From Carboxydocella sporoproducens DSM 16521 (GTDB lineage Bacteria; Bacillota; GCA-003054495; Carboxydocellales; Carboxydocellaceae), in assembly GCF_900167165.1 (NCBI RefSeq), contig NZ_FUXM01000004.1, forward strand, positions 2,901 to 26,900: 24,000 nucleotides of DNA, written 5' to 3'. Both the position numbers and the translations under genes were made by a program. This document shows positions 8,651-18,623 of the stretch, piece by piece (position 1 is the first letter of the stretch; every line of letters starts with the position of its first letter). Below the pieces are notes generated by a model. That model made no database searches. It saw only the letters and a list, made by a program, of their open reading frames with translations, and was not told where the DNA came from.

Positions 8651-9175
8651 TTAAAATTCAGGTTCGATCAGACCATATTTGCCATCGCGCCGCCGGTAAA
8701 CCACATTCACCTCATTGGTATCTGCATTACGGAAAACGTAGAAGGAATGACCTACCAGATTCATTTGCAAAATGGCTTCCTCGACAGGCATCGGTTTGAC
8801 CGCAAAGCGTTTGGTCTTGACCACACTGTCATCAATATCGGCTGTCTCCACATCAGCTGCAACTGGCTCCAGGGAAGCCAGGTTGCGCAGCTTTTTGCTG
8901 AGGCGGGCGCGATATTTTTGGACCTGACGTTCCAGTTTTTCCACTACCAGGTCGATAGAAGCATACATATCGTTGCTGGCTTCCTCGCCGCGGATAATCA
9001 TACCTTCAACGGGAATGGTCACTTCTACCCGATGCATGTTCTTTTCCACTACCAGAGTTACCTGCACATTGGTTATTTCACCCAGATATTTCTCCAGCTT
9101 ACCAATCCGCTTTTCCACATAATCTCTGAGTGCGTCCGTTACTTCAATGTTTTTCCCCCGTACAACAAACTTCAT
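8651..9175 (-). CDS. hpf: Ribosome hibernation promoting factor, long form
   Basis: MKFVVRGKNIEVTDALRDYVEKRIGKLEKYL... is the S30AE/HPF N-terminal domain. The C-terminal dimerisation domain (KRFAVKPMPVEEAILQMNLVGHSFYVFRN..TNEVNVVYRRRDGKYGLIEP) is typical of long HPF. I place the start at ATG 9175 (AAAGGAG about 9 nt upstream), not at the track GTG 9184. Confidence 0.93.
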   Translation of the reverse strand: MKFVVRGKNIEVTDALRDYVEKRIGKLEKYLGEITNVQVTLVVEKNMHRVEVTIPVEGMIIRGEEASNDMYASIDLVVEKLERQVQKYRARLSKKLRNLASLEPVAADVETADIDDSVVKTKRFAVKPMPVEEAILQMNLVGHSFYVFRNADTNEVNVVYRRRDGKYGLIEPEF

Positions 9176-9200
9176 AACAGTCACTCCTTTCTCGTCTGTA

Positions 9201-9228
9201 AGTATAATATTTTCTGTTTGCCTGTTAA
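9201..9228 (-). promoter_or_regulatory. Candidate sigma-A promoter for hpf
   Basis: Minus strand has TTAACA (9223..9228), a 16-nt spacer, then TATACT (9201..9206). Confidence 0.4.
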
Positions 9229-9268
9229 AAAATCCTGCTAATTTAAAACAGAAAGTAGAAAATTTTTC

Positions 9269-9988
9269 TTACAGAACTTTGCTGAGAAAAGAGCGAGTCC
9301 GTTCCTGCTGGGGGTTCTGGAAAATCTGTTCCGGGGTTCCTTCTTCCACTATCCGCCCTTCATCCATAAAGATGACCCGGTCACCCACTTCCCGGGCAAA
9401 CCCCATTTCATGGGTAACCACCACCATGGTCATCCCTTCCCGGGCCAGATCCTTCATTACGTTCAGTACCTCACCCACCATCTCCGGGTCAAGCGCAGAA
9501 GTGGGCTCATCAAAAAGCATTACTTTGGGCCGCATGGCCAGGGCCCGGGCAATCGCCACCCGCTGCTGCTGACCGCCGGAAAGCTGGTCCGGATAGGAAT
9601 CGGCTTTGTCGGAAAGGCCGACTTTAGCCAGCAGTTCCCGGGCGATTTTTTCCGCTTCTGCCTTACTCTGCTTCCGAACCTGAATGGGCGCCAGGGTAAT
9701 GTTCTGCAAAGCGGTCATATGGGGAAAAAGATTGAAGCGCTGAAAAACCATGCCCACTTCCTGGCGAATGGCATTGATGTTGGCCTTGGAGGTCAGGGGA
9801 ATATTGTCCACGATAATTTCACCAGCAGTAGCTTCTTCCAGTTTATTGATACAACGCAACATGGTGCTTTTGCCGGAACCGGAAGGACCGATAACCACCA
9901 CCACTTCCCCCTCCCGGACATGGAGGTTGATGTCCTTTAACACTTCCAGGTCACCGAAGCGTTTATAGAGGTTTTTAATGACGATCAC
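9269..9988 (-). CDS. Polar amino-acid ABC transporter, ATP-binding protein
   Basis: Walker [10 protein letters not shown], signature [15 protein letters not shown], Walker [12 protein letters not shown], and an overall GlnQ/HisP-like sequence. The GTG start overlaps the permease stop. Confidence 0.93.
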   Translation of the reverse strand: MIVIKNLYKRFGDLEVLKDINLHVREGEVVVVIGPSGSGKSTMLRCINKLEEATAGEIIVDNIPLTSKANINAIRQEVGMVFQRFNLFPHMTALQNITLAPIQVRKQSKAEAEKIARELLAKVGLSDKADSYPDQLSGGQQQRVAIARALAMRPKVMLFDEPTSALDPEMVGEVLNVMKDLAREGMTMVVVTHEMGFAREVGDRVIFMDEGRIVEEGTPEQIFQNPQQERTRSFLSKVL

Positions 9989-10658
9989 TGACCCTCAACC
10001 TCCTTTCCATATAGGCCACCCACCGGGAAATGGTCATGGTCATGATAAGATAGATCACAGCAGCTGCAATATAGATTTCAAAGAACTTGTATTCCCGGCC
10101 AGCTACGTTCTTGGCCTGCATCATCAATTCCGGCAAAGCGATGACGGAAACCAGGGATGAGTCCTTGAGCAAAGCTATAAATTCATTGCCCAATGGCGGA
10201 ATTACCCGTTTAAAAGCCTGAGGAAGGATAACAAAACGCATTGCCTGGCCATAGGACATGCCCAGGGAGCGGGCTGCTTCCATTTGCCCTTTATCAATAG
10301 ACTGAATACCGGCCCGGAAGATTTCCGCCACATAGGCACCGCTATTGAGGGTAAAGGCAAGAATACCGGAAAGAAAAGGATTAGGAACATATTCCCAGGA
10401 AGTTCCCTGGACCAGCTGGGGTATACCGTAATGGATGATCAAGATCTGTACCAGCAAAGGAGTTCCGCGGAAAAAGTCCACATAGGCAGCAGCTCCCCAG
10501 GACAGGACCCGCCAGTGAGACAGGCGACAGAGGGCCAGGAACAGGCCCAGGAAAGTGCCGAGGAACACTGAAACAATGGTCAATTCCAGCGTCAACCAGG
10601 TGCCCTGCAGCAAAACCGGCAGGTTACGCAGGGCAATGCCAAAATCCAAATCCAGCAT
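9975..10658 (-). CDS. Polar amino-acid ABC transporter permease (His/Glu/Gln/Arg/opine family)
   Basis: 227-aa polytopic ORF with the EAA-loop region ([28 protein letters not shown]). GGAGG lies 7 nt upstream of the ATG. Confidence 0.9.
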   Translation of the reverse strand: MLDLDFGIALRNLPVLLQGTWLTLELTIVSVFLGTFLGLFLALCRLSHWRVLSWGAAAYVDFFRGTPLLVQILIIHYGIPQLVQGTSWEYVPNPFLSGILAFTLNSGAYVAEIFRAGIQSIDKGQMEAARSLGMSYGQAMRFVILPQAFKRVIPPLGNEFIALLKDSSLVSVIALPELMMQAKNVAGREYKFFEIYIAAAVIYLIMTMTISRWVAYMERRLRVSDRH

Positions 10659-10677
10659 ACTTTTTCCTCCATCGATG

Positions 10678-10705
10678 AAAAAAGCAGGGAAATCCCTGCT
10701 TTTTA
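10678..10705 (-). terminator. Intra-operon hairpin/partial terminator between the binding-protein and permease genes
   Basis: GCAGGG-AAAT-CCCTGC (10684..10699) flanked by an A-run and a T-run. On the minus strand it is followed by TTTTTT, 14 nt after the binding-protein stop. This layout commonly sets an excess of binding protein over membrane components. Confidence 0.6.
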
Positions 10706-10712
10706 TTTATTT

Positions 10713-11510
10713 TTAAACGCCAAAGTATTTTTTATACAGTTCGTCATATTTGCCGCTTTCTTTTACCTTCTTCAAACCTTCGTTGATTTTGTTCAACAGC
10801 TCGGTGTTTTCCTTTTTAACCGCAATACCATAGTTGTCTTCCTGCGGAAATTTGGGGTCAAAGTAAGTCACTTTAGCATTGGGGTTCTTTTTGATGAACT
10901 CCAGCACCACCGGGCTATCAGCCACTACAGCCTCAACCCCGCCATTAACCAGCTCAGTCAAAGCGGCCGGGGTAGTATCAAAAGTACGGATATCAGCCTT
11001 GTTCACACCGGGAATTTTTTCAGCAGCAAAATGACCGGTGGTATTGAGCTGAACCCCGATTTTCTTACCTACCAGGTCTTCAGGCTTGCTGTAAGGAGCC
11101 CCTTCCCTAATGGCAATATACTGAACAGCCTTGAAGTAAGAGTCAGAGAAGGAAACTTCCTTGGCTCTTTCCTCGGTAATGGTCATAGCTGAAATGACGG
11201 CATCAACACTACCACTCTTTAACCCGGGAATCAGGCCATCCCAGCCTATGTTTTTCATTTCCACTTCCAGACCAACGGCTTCACCAATGGCCTGCATTAA
11301 TTCGGCATCGAAACCGACGATTTTGCCAGTACCTTCTTCTACATATTCGAATGGAGCATAAGCTGCATCAGTACCGACAACAATTTTCTGCTTGCCACCT
11401 TCATTTCCTTGTTTTTTCTCCTGGGTAGCCTGTCCGCCGCCACAACCGGCCAGAGTCAGCACCAGGCTGGCTGCAAGCAACATGGAAGCCAGCTTTTTGT
11501 AAAATACCAT
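10713..11510 (-). CDS. Amino-acid ABC transporter substrate-binding lipoprotein
   Basis: Family-3 SBP-like sequence (VVGTDAAYAPFEY, GFDAELM, DAVISAMTITEER). Lipoprotein signal MVFYKKLASMLLAASLVLTLAGCGG. I place the start at ATG 11510 (GGAGG 9 nt upstream), not at the track start 11564, which would run into the promoter. Confidence 0.9.
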   Translation of the reverse strand: MVFYKKLASMLLAASLVLTLAGCGGGQATQEKKQGNEGGKQKIVVGTDAAYAPFEYVEEGTGKIVGFDAELMQAIGEAVGLEVEMKNIGWDGLIPGLKSGSVDAVISAMTITEERAKEVSFSDSYFKAVQYIAIREGAPYSKPEDLVGKKIGVQLNTTGHFAAEKIPGVNKADIRTFDTTPAALTELVNGGVEAVVADSPVVLEFIKKNPNAKVTYFDPKFPQEDNYGIAVKKENTELLNKINEGLKKVKESGKYDELYKKYFGV

Positions 11511-11555
11511 GTTATCAGTCCTCCAAAGCCTTGTATTTATTCTGTACGTTTTATA

Positions 11556-11584
11556 ATTATACATCTGCCGTGCACAAAAATCAA
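11556..11584 (-). promoter_or_regulatory. Sigma-A promoter for the ABC transporter operon
   Basis: Minus strand has TTGATT (11579..11584), a 17-nt spacer, then TATAAT (11556..11561), about 45 nt upstream of the start codon. Confidence 0.55.
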
Positions 11585-11633
11585 TAAAATTTTATGTTTA
11601 TTCATCCCAAAAAGACAACCTTTGACCCTGCAA

Positions 11634-12155
11634 TTATTGCCAGTAAGCGAAAAATACCAGCAAATTCCACGAAGTGTGCGCCAACCAGGGGTAAAAAATC
11701 GCCCTTTCCCTGTAAAAAAGCCAGAACAGGACCATCCCAGCCAGGGTAAAAGGCAAAAGCAACCAGCCACCACCATGAAAAGCGGCAAAAATCAGCCCAT
11801 TCCCACAGGCTGCCGGCCAGAATGAGAACCGGTATAGCAAAAAATTGCCCAGCAGACCGCGAAAGAAAATTTCTTCCACCAGTGGTCCCAGGCCAATCAA
11901 AGCCAGTGCCGGCCAGTACCAGTTTGTACTCAATCCCAGTTGTTCCACTGATTGCTGGCGAGGAAAATAGGGAGCCAGCCAGAGCATCCCCTGGCCAATG
12001 AGTAAACCGCTTAATACCGCAATCATTCCCAGTTTAGCCCTGAAACCCTGAGTGGGAAAAAATTTTATTCTTTTTTTGCTGATAAGCTGCAATATAATTA
12101 AAAAAAACAGCCATAATATTTGTTGGTTAAACATTTCCTGCCAGTAATTTTTCAT
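11634..12155 (-). CDS. CPBP-family intramembrane glutamic endopeptidase (CAAX protease / Abi-like)
   Basis: 173-aa hydrophobic ORF with all three CPBP motifs: EEIFFRG, FAAFHG and HTSWN. Confidence 0.8.
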   Translation of the reverse strand: MKNYWQEMFNQQILWLFFLIILQLISKKRIKFFPTQGFRAKLGMIAVLSGLLIGQGMLWLAPYFPRQQSVEQLGLSTNWYWPALALIGLGPLVEEIFFRGLLGNFLLYRFSFWPAACGNGLIFAAFHGGGWLLLPFTLAGMVLFWLFYRERAIFYPWLAHTSWNLLVFFAYWQ

Positions 12156-12267
12156 CTTACTATCCCTTCCTTCAGCTTCCTCCTGACTGCAGACATAATG
12201 GACTTTGAGCGGGGCAATACTAAATAAAGCTTAAGAATGGCAAATTTGCAGCAAAGGAGGATGCGGG

Positions 12268-12903
12268 GTGACTACCATCGATTGGTTGATTTTTTTCACC
12301 GGCCTGCTGGCTCTAGTGGCTCTTTTGTATTATCTTTTCATCCCCACCTGGCCCAGGCCAGCGCCCAAACCTGAACGGCAGGACCAGGAGTTCGCCAGTG
12401 AACTGGCCCCAGCCTTCCCGGTCAAAGAAATTGTAACAGATTTGCCCACCTATTACCAGGGAGATAATCGGCTAGTAGCTGTGGCCCGCGACCCGGAAAC
12501 TATTTTTGTCTACTGGCAGCTGGATCCGGTTTACCTGGAAAGCCTGGAGGCGGAATTACCAGCCCTGAAAAGCGGCATAACCCAGCTTCGTCTTTATCGA
12601 TATGATGAAACTACCGGGCAATGGCTGCTGGAAAATTGTAAAAACCTGACCAGTTTTGTGACCAGTTTTTATTTCCATCTGGCCCGCCCCGATGCCAGAT
12701 ATAAGGTGGAGTTAGGGCGATTGCTCAACAATCAACTCTTTTATTGCTTGCTGGTTAGCAATGAAGTAGTTACACCCAGAGCTTATTTTTCAGCTCTGAT
12801 TGATGAGAACTGGCCCCCCTTGCTGCCTTTATATCAACAATTACCGCAGAAAGAAAGGATGATTGGCTCCTATGTCCATTTCACAATTGCCCCAGATGTA
12901 TGA
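12268..12903 (+). CDS. DUF4912-like protein with N-terminal transmembrane anchor
   Basis: GTG start 6-7 nt after AAAGGAGG. One TM helix (IDWLIFFTGLLALVALLYYLFI), then LPTYYQGDNRLVAVARDPETIFVYWQL, the motif I associate with DUF4912. It is paralogous to the next ORF. Confidence 0.7.
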   Translation: MTTIDWLIFFTGLLALVALLYYLFIPTWPRPAPKPERQDQEFASELAPAFPVKEIVTDLPTYYQGDNRLVAVARDPETIFVYWQLDPVYLESLEAELPALKSGITQLRLYRYDETTGQWLLENCKNLTSFVTSFYFHLARPDARYKVELGRLLNNQLFYCLLVSNEVVTPRAYFSALIDENWPPLLPLYQQLPQKERMIGSYVHFTIAPDV

Positions 12904-13309
12904 GGAGAACCGTCTGGTCCTGTTAACCCGGGATCCCTGGTGGCTGTTTGCCTACTGGGACCTGCGCCATCCTATCGGGCCGCCTGATTTGCCCCGGTTT
13001 ATTCGCCTTTATCGCGGGGGCTTGAACGGCCCCCATTTTGATTATCCGGTACATCCCATGGCCAACAATTATTACCTGCGGGTTCCGGCCGCTAACTCCA
13101 CATATGTCGCCCAGCTGGGGCATCTGGAACAGGGGCAGTTTGTACCCTGGCTTACCTCCAATCCCGCCCTGACCCCGCGGGCAGAAGCCTCCGGCCGCTG
13201 GGATCCCGACTGGCCCCCTCTGGGCGTAGGGCCGGAAATTAAAGCCGGTACAGCTTCAGGCTGGGGAACTTCTCCCGGTTTCTGGAAAGCAGGTGAAAAA
13301 CATGCCTAA
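12872..13309 (+). CDS. DUF4912-like protein, soluble paralogue
   Basis: LPQMYEENRLVLLTRDPWWLFAYWDL...RLYR...TPRA...WPPL aligns with the upstream protein. It overlaps that gene by 32 nt and the GH57 gene by 8 nt. The start is ambiguous (ATG 12872 or TTG 12863). Confidence 0.7.
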   Translation: MSISQLPQMYEENRLVLLTRDPWWLFAYWDLRHPIGPPDLPRFIRLYRGGLNGPHFDYPVHPMANNYYLRVPAANSTYVAQLGHLEQGQFVPWLTSNPALTPRAEASGRWDPDWPPLGVGPEIKAGTASGWGTSPGFWKAGEKHA

Positions 13310-14921
13310 AGGCTATTTGGCTTTAGTGTTACATGCCCATTTACCCTATGTCCGGCATCCGGAAGATCCTGATGCTCTGGAAGAACGCTGGCTGTTTGAA
13401 GGCATCACTGAAACTTATATACCTTTACTGGCCAAATTTGAAAAACTGGTGGAGGATGGGGTGGATTTTCGGCTGACCATGTCTTTCAGCCCCACCCTGA
13501 CCTCCATGCTCCTGGATCCTCTGTTGCAAGAAAGGTATTATGTTTATTTAAGCAAATTAAGAGAGCTTATCTACAAAGAACTGGACCGTACCTATGGCGA
13601 TCCTCGTTTCCATCGCCTGGCTCAGATGTATCATTATCTGGTTAACCAGTGTTTTTATTATTTCTTTGAAAAATATGCCGGTAATTTATTAACCGGCTAT
13701 CGTCGCTTACAGGAAGCCGGACGATTGGAATTGATCACCTGTGGTGCTACCCATGCCTATTTCCCTTTAAATGGTTTGACCCGTCAGGCTGTACGGGCCC
13801 AGGTGGCTCTGGCCGTAGAAAACCACTGGCGGGTGTTTGGCAGTCAACCCCAGGGGATGTGGTTGCCAGAGTGTGCCTATCATCCCGGAGATGATGAATT
13901 TCTGGCGGAATTCGGCATTAGATACTTTTTCCTGGATACCCATGGTGTATTGTTTGCTTCCACCCGACCCCGTTACGGGGTCTATGCTCCCATTGTCACT
14001 CCCGCCGGGGTAGCAGCTTTCGGACGGGATGTGGAATCTTCCAAACAGGTCTGGAGTGCCGATGAAGGTTATCCCGGCGATTTCGATTACCGGGAATTCT
14101 ACCGGGACATCGGTTATGATTTGGATTATGACTATATCAAGGACTATATTCACCCCTCCGGTATCCGCTTACATACCGGCATCAAATATTACCGGATTAC
14201 GGGCAAGAAGAGCGAATGGAAAGAACCCTATGTGCCCGAGTGGGCTACAGAAAAGGCAGCCATCCACGCCGGCAACTTCATGTTCAACCGGGAACGCCAG
14301 GTTGAATACCTGGCGTCCCTGATGGACCGTAAACCCATTGTGGTAGCTCCCTATGATGCGGAATTGTTCGGTCACTGGTGGTTTGAAGGGCCTCAGTTCC
14401 TGGATTTTCTCTTGCGTAAAATCCATTATGATTCCAAAATCCTGAAAACTGCTACCCCTTCTGACTATCTGGCCGAATATCCCCGTAATCAGGTTACCGA
14501 ACCCTGCATCTCTTCCTGGGGCCATAAAGGATACCATGAAGTGTGGCTGGAAGGCAGTAATGACTGGATTTATCGGCATTTACACAAAGCCGCCGAACGG
14601 ATGACCGAATTGGCCCGCCGGTTTACTAATCCTACGGCAGAACAGGAACGGGCCCTCAACCAGGCCGCTCGTGAACTCTTACTGGCTCAGGCCAGTGACT
14701 GGGCCTTTATTATGAAAACAGGCACCATGGTGAATTATGCCATCAGACGTACCAAAAATCATATCCATAATTTCACCAGACTTTATGAACAATTGTTGCA
14801 AAACCAGCTGGATCTCCACTGGCTTCAAGAACTGGAAATTAATAACAATCTTTTCCCCTGGCTCAATTACCGCATTTATGCCTGGGAAGCTCCTCCTCAA
14901 AAAGCGAGGGCGTCGGTTTAA
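13302..14921 (+). CDS. GH57-family 1,4-alpha-glucan branching enzyme
   Basis: [18 protein letters not shown] at the N-terminus, GMWLPECAY (nucleophile Glu region) and [15 protein letters not shown] (acid/base Asp region) match my recollection of the Thermus/Thermococcus GH57 branching enzymes. ATG 13302 is preceded by AGGTGA. Confidence 0.9.
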   Translation: MPKGYLALVLHAHLPYVRHPEDPDALEERWLFEGITETYIPLLAKFEKLVEDGVDFRLTMSFSPTLTSMLLDPLLQERYYVYLSKLRELIYKELDRTYGDPRFHRLAQMYHYLVNQCFYYFFEKYAGNLLTGYRRLQEAGRLELITCGATHAYFPLNGLTRQAVRAQVALAVENHWRVFGSQPQGMWLPECAYHPGDDEFLAEFGIRYFFLDTHGVLFASTRPRYGVYAPIVTPAGVAAFGRDVESSKQVWSADEGYPGDFDYREFYRDIGYDLDYDYIKDYIHPSGIRLHTGIKYYRITGKKSEWKEPYVPEWATEKAAIHAGNFMFNRERQVEYLASLMDRKPIVVAPYDAELFGHWWFEGPQFLDFLLRKIHYDSKILKTATPSDYLAEYPRNQVTEPCISSWGHKGYHEVWLEGSNDWIYRHLHKAAERMTELARRFTNPTAEQERALNQAARELLLAQASDWAFIMKTGTMVNYAIRRTKNHIHNFTRLYEQLLQNQLDLHWLQELEINNNLFPWLNYRIYAWEAPPQKARASV

Positions 14922-14943
14922 CCGACACCCTCGCTTTCTTTCT
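14899..14943. terminator. Bidirectional intrinsic terminator containing both convergent stop codons
   Basis: 13-bp stem 14904..14916 / 14922..14934 (GCGAGGGCGTCGG / CCGACACCCTCGC). The one mispair is C-A on the plus RNA and G-U on the minus RNA. Loop is TTTAA. AAAAA lies on the left and TTTCTTTCT on the right. TAA (+) is 14919..14921 and TAA (-) is 14918..14920, within one TTAA. Confidence 0.75.
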
Positions 14944-17335
14944 GGATTTCCGTAATTTTTTGCAGCAACTGCTCAGTCAAGCTTTCTGCTATTTCCATGT
15001 CAGGTCCTTCCGCATAAATACGGCAAACGGGTTCCTCCGAATCGGGCAAAACCAGGGCCCAGGCGCCATTGTCCCAGAGCTTGATGCCATCCAGCAACTC
15101 CAACTCCCGATCCTGCAATTCTTCCATCAAGCGACGCATGACCAGGCCCTTGGCTTCCCAGGGACAGGCTGTGGATTTAGCAACCCAGTTAAAGTCAGGC
15201 AGCTCCTGTAACAGCCTTTCCAGCCCTTGCTCTTCCGCCTGCCTGAGCAGAACCAGCAGGGTATAGAGATCATCGGCCAGCAGGTAGAACCCCTCTTCAT
15301 CCTGCGCCCACTGATTCTGAATCAGGCCGGGATTAGTCTTGACCGGCTGAATCACCGCCCCCCGCTCTTGCAGGCGGCGGGCCAGGGCCTGGGGCCAGTG
15401 AACAGGATAGGGAATAACAGCTTGCTCTTTCCTTTGGGCATAGAGCCAGGTTTTCAGTATCTGAACCTGAGCGGGAGCCAAATACATTCCCCCGGGCAGA
15501 ACCAGGGATAAGCGTTCCCCTTCTTCCCCAAACCAGAGCCCCAGGTCCAATCTTTCTGTTTGTACCAGACTGATCAGCTGTTCCAGCTGCTGTTCCCCGT
15601 CCTGGAGATAGATGAGACGAAAACCGGTATCCTGAAAGATCCGGGGTAAAATCTGGGCCAGAGCCGGAGTCAGGGCCCCTACCCCAATTCGCCATTGATA
15701 ATTTTGTCCCCGCGGACGGAAATTGAGCAAAAAGCCGGTATATTCATCCAGTCCACTGGGCAAAGGCATAACCCGCCCCAGATGTCCGGCAGCTGTGCGC
15801 CGCATCCCTTCCCGTCCCAGCAGATTTTCCACCTTGCGTTCTTCTGCCGGAGTTAAGCTGGCTCCCTGCTGATTGAGGAGCAAAACCCGGGCCCGGTTGC
15901 CCTGCCCGCTGCCCTGAATATGCACCCCGCCACTGGCAGCCAGACTGCGAATCAAGTAGCGGCTGGCACCACCGGTCAGAATGCCGGCATCCCAGACCAC
16001 CATCCCTGCTCCCAGCAATCCCGCCAGAACAGCATGTTTCAGCATTGCTGCCGCCGGAGAATGGTCAGTGCTGACTAACAGGGCAGTTTCCGGCTGGAAT
16101 AGAGTGGCAAAAGCAGCCGCCACTTTCACCGCCTGTTCCGGAGTCAGTTCCCGGTTAATTTCTCCCACAATCCCCTCGCGCCCGAAGAGCGTACGGGGCT
16201 GGCGTTCTCCCCAAACCAGGTTTTCCCGCAGGCGGGCTCCGCTTTCCACCCGTTTCTGGGGCCAGATTTTTACCCCGGCATCTACATAAACCCGTTCGCC
16301 CAGTACCGTACCATCTCCGATCACCGCACCTTGATAAATCCGGCTCCCCTGACCCACCTTGACCTGACGGCAGAGGATAGCCCCGCGGATTTCTGCTCCG
16401 GCACCTATATTTACCCCTTCCCAGAGAACAGCCCGTTTAAGGCTGGCTTTGCTGCCGAGATGACAATTGCGGCCAATCACCGTAAAAGGCCCCACATAGG
16501 CCTCCGCATCAATAACGGTATCCGCTCCGATAAAAGCCGGCCCTTCCAGATAGGCCCGGGGATGGATTTTTGCCCCTGCCTCAGCCCAGACCCCCGGAGC
16601 TACCTGTTGACCGCCCAGTTCCAGCTGCACCCCACCGGCCAGCACGGCATAATGGGCTTCTGCATATTGTTGCAAATTGCCGATATCACACCAGTACCCC
16701 GCCAGGATACAGCCGAAGAGCGGTCTCCCTTCCGCCAGCAAGCGGGGAAAGAGATCTTTACTGAAATCAAACTGCTGACCTGCCGGAATATATTGCAATA
16801 CCCGGGGTTCCAGGATATAGATCCCGGTATTGACCGTATCACTGAAAACCTCACTCCAGCTGGGTTTTTCCAGGAAACGATAGATACTGCCATTTTTATC
16901 AGTCATCACTACCCCGTATTCCAGAGGTGTCTGGACCCGGGTCAAAACCAGGGTTGCCCAGGCACCCTTTTGCCGATGAAACTCAATGGCCCGGCTCAGG
17001 TCAAAATCCGTCAGCGCATCACCACTGATAACAATAAAAGGTTCATCCAAAAATTCTTCTGCATTTTTGACACTGCCAGCAGTGCCCAGGGGAGTTTCCT
17101 CCAGAAAATAGCGCATTTCCACCCCCCAGTCACTGCCATCGCCAAAATATTCCATAATGGCCTCCGGCAGATACTGCAAGGTAACCCCAATCTGACGGAT
17201 GCCATGTTTTTTCAGGAGATTGACAATGTGTTCCATCACCGGCCGGTTCAGTAAAGGCGTCAGAGGTTTGGGCCGGTCACAGGTTAATGGTCTCAGTCGG
17301 GAACCTTCCCCTCCCGCCATAATAATGGCTTTCAT
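14918..17335 (-). CDS. Sugar-1-phosphate nucleotidyltransferase + left-handed beta-helix + phosphohexomutase-like C-terminal domain (fusion protein)
   Basis: The N-terminus [22 protein letters not shown] is the GGxGxRL NTP-transferase signature. Residues about 270-360 carry hexapeptide repeats. Residues about 381-805 start with [13 protein letters not shown] and follow PGM/PMM domain order. GGAGGT lies 6 nt before the ATG. Confidence 0.85.
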   Translation of the reverse strand: MKAIIMAGGEGSRLRPLTCDRPKPLTPLLNRPVMEHIVNLLKKHGIRQIGVTLQYLPEAIMEYFGDGSDWGVEMRYFLEETPLGTAGSVKNAEEFLDEPFIVISGDALTDFDLSRAIEFHRQKGAWATLVLTRVQTPLEYGVVMTDKNGSIYRFLEKPSWSEVFSDTVNTGIYILEPRVLQYIPAGQQFDFSKDLFPRLLAEGRPLFGCILAGYWCDIGNLQQYAEAHYAVLAGGVQLELGGQQVAPGVWAEAGAKIHPRAYLEGPAFIGADTVIDAEAYVGPFTVIGRNCHLGSKASLKRAVLWEGVNIGAGAEIRGAILCRQVKVGQGSRIYQGAVIGDGTVLGERVYVDAGVKIWPQKRVESGARLRENLVWGERQPRTLFGREGIVGEINRELTPEQAVKVAAAFATLFQPETALLVSTDHSPAAAMLKHAVLAGLLGAGMVVWDAGILTGGASRYLIRSLAASGGVHIQGSGQGNRARVLLLNQQGASLTPAEERKVENLLGREGMRRTAAGHLGRVMPLPSGLDEYTGFLLNFRPRGQNYQWRIGVGALTPALAQILPRIFQDTGFRLIYLQDGEQQLEQLISLVQTERLDLGLWFGEEGERLSLVLPGGMYLAPAQVQILKTWLYAQRKEQAVIPYPVHWPQALARRLQERGAVIQPVKTNPGLIQNQWAQDEEGFYLLADDLYTLLVLLRQAEEQGLERLLQELPDFNWVAKSTACPWEAKGLVMRRLMEELQDRELELLDGIKLWDNGAWALVLPDSEEPVCRIYAEGPDMEIAESLTEQLLQKITEIQKESEGVG

Positions 17336-17355
17336 AGCCAGACCTCCGTTCTCTA

Positions 17356-18528
17356 TTATTGTTCTGCCAGAATTTCTTCATAAACTGCTACCGTAGTGCG
17401 GGCAATTTTGTCCCAGTTATAGATTTCCAGCACCTCCCGGTAGGCCCTTTCTTCCACCTGCCGGGCAAAGGGCGGATCACAGAGAATTTTCAGCACATTA
17501 TCGGCCAGGGAATCAGGAGAACCTACATAGCATTTCAAACCATTTACGCCATGTTTAATAATTTCCCCCAGTCCACCGGTATCACTGACTACCACTGGCG
17601 TCCGGGCCGCCATAGCTTCCAGGGCCACAATACCAAAAGGTTCATACAGGCTGGGAAAAACCGCAACGGAAGCAGAACGGTACAGTTTATTACGGGTCAC
17701 ATCATCGATATAACCGGTAAAATAAATTCTCTCTGTCACGCCCATCTCCCAGGCCTTTTGCCGCAAATAACCTTCCGCCGGCCCTCGACCGGCGATAACG
17801 AACTTGGTCTGGGGATGGTAATGGAGAATTTTCGGAATGGCATCCAGCAAGACATGCGCCCCTTTTTCATGCACCAGCCGTCCTACGAAAAAGACGATTT
17901 TTTCGGTAGGATGGGCATATCGATTGCGAAAATCCGGTTCAGGTTCGGTTTGAAAATCCTCCGGCCTTACGCCGTTCGGTATGATACGGATTTTGTCTTC
18001 CGGCAGAGAGAATATGTATCTCACCTCATTATGCATATATTGACTGCAAACAATCACCCGCCAGGCTTCATAAGTCAGCCACCACTCCACATCACTGATA
18101 TAGCGCTGGTTATCATCATGCAGCCCCCAGTTGCGCCCGAATTCAGTGGCATGAATGGTAGCTACCAGTGGAATGTTCTGAGCGTGTTTAACCGCCCGGC
18201 TGACATATGCAGTTAACCAGTCATGGCAGTGAACAATATCCCAGGGGGCTGATTGGCTATCCCGCAAAGTCATGGTGAATTCCAGCATGGCCAGGTTCAA
18301 CTGCAAAATCCAGGTGCGAAAATCCGGAGCCCGCAAATGATATGGCTGGACGCGATAAACCTCCACCCCCTCTATATTTTCATAGGCAGGCAGGTTATCT
18401 CCCCCGCAGGTGACAACCTGAATTTCATGGCCCTGTTTGGCCGTGGCCAGAGTCAAATCATGCACATGCCGGGCCAGACCGCCTACGCTTTTGGGCGGAA
18501 ACTCCCAGGAATACATTAATATACGCAC
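17356..18528 (-). CDS. Retaining glycosyltransferase (GT4/GT5-like), glycogen-synthase-like
   Basis: N-terminal [21 protein letters not shown] resembles the K-x-GGL motif of archaeal-type glycogen synthases. E-x7-E motif present (EPFGIVALE). The likely start is GTG 18528 (AAAGGGGG + 6 nt), because the track ATG 18534 abuts the SD. Confidence 0.85.
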   Translation of the reverse strand: MRILMYSWEFPPKSVGGLARHVHDLTLATAKQGHEIQVVTCGGDNLPAYENIEGVEVYRVQPYHLRAPDFRTWILQLNLAMLEFTMTLRDSQSAPWDIVHCHDWLTAYVSRAVKHAQNIPLVATIHATEFGRNWGLHDDNQRYISDVEWWLTYEAWRVIVCSQYMHNEVRYIFSLPEDKIRIIPNGVRPEDFQTEPEPDFRNRYAHPTEKIVFFVGRLVHEKGAHVLLDAIPKILHYHPQTKFVIAGRGPAEGYLRQKAWEMGVTERIYFTGYIDDVTRNKLYRSASVAVFPSLYEPFGIVALEAMAARTPVVVSDTGGLGEIIKHGVNGLKCYVGSPDSLADNVLKILCDPPFARQVEERAYREVLEIYNWDKIARTTVAVYEEILAEQ

Positions 18529-18592
18529 TGTCATCCCCCTTTCGTTCTGGATTTACTTGATTAGTTTATCCAGCGGGACGGAAAAATATGAT

Positions 18593-18623
18593 AAAAAAAG
18601 GGCATGGTTTACACCATGCGCCC
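18593..18623 (-). terminator. Rho-independent terminator after the CBM-gene triplet
   Basis: Minus strand GGGC(GC)ATGGT-GTAA-ACCATGCCC (9 bp plus a 2-nt bulge) followed by TTTTTTT. The stop codon of the 18609 gene sits in the loop. Confidence 0.7.

Noticed and set aside
7997-9241. 414-aa plus-strand ORF spanning the hypothetical gene, an intergenic region and hpf
   Set aside because: It lies antisense to two well-supported genes. It runs straight through the hpf terminator and promoter regions, has low-complexity Phe/Leu/Ser-rich composition, and has no RBS. It is a shadow ORF.
11511-11633. Possible riboswitch or T-box leader upstream of the amino-acid ABC operon
   Set aside because: With the promoter at 11556..11584, the 5' UTR is only about 40-45 nt. 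That is too short for a T-box or a known amino-acid riboswitch, and I saw no conserved structure.
11409-11825. ORFs 11409..11825 (+) and 11537..11788 (-) in and around the CPBP/ABC intergenic region
   Set aside because: They overlap the CPBP gene or the binding-protein signal peptide and cross a good sigma-A promoter. They have no RBS and no recognisable motifs.
12156-12267. Divergent promoters between the CPBP gene and the DUF4912 operon, including sporulation-sigma-like motifs
   Set aside because: I found no -35/-10 pair with acceptable spacing for sigma-A, and only vague resemblance to sigma-E/G/K boxes. This is not enough to report.
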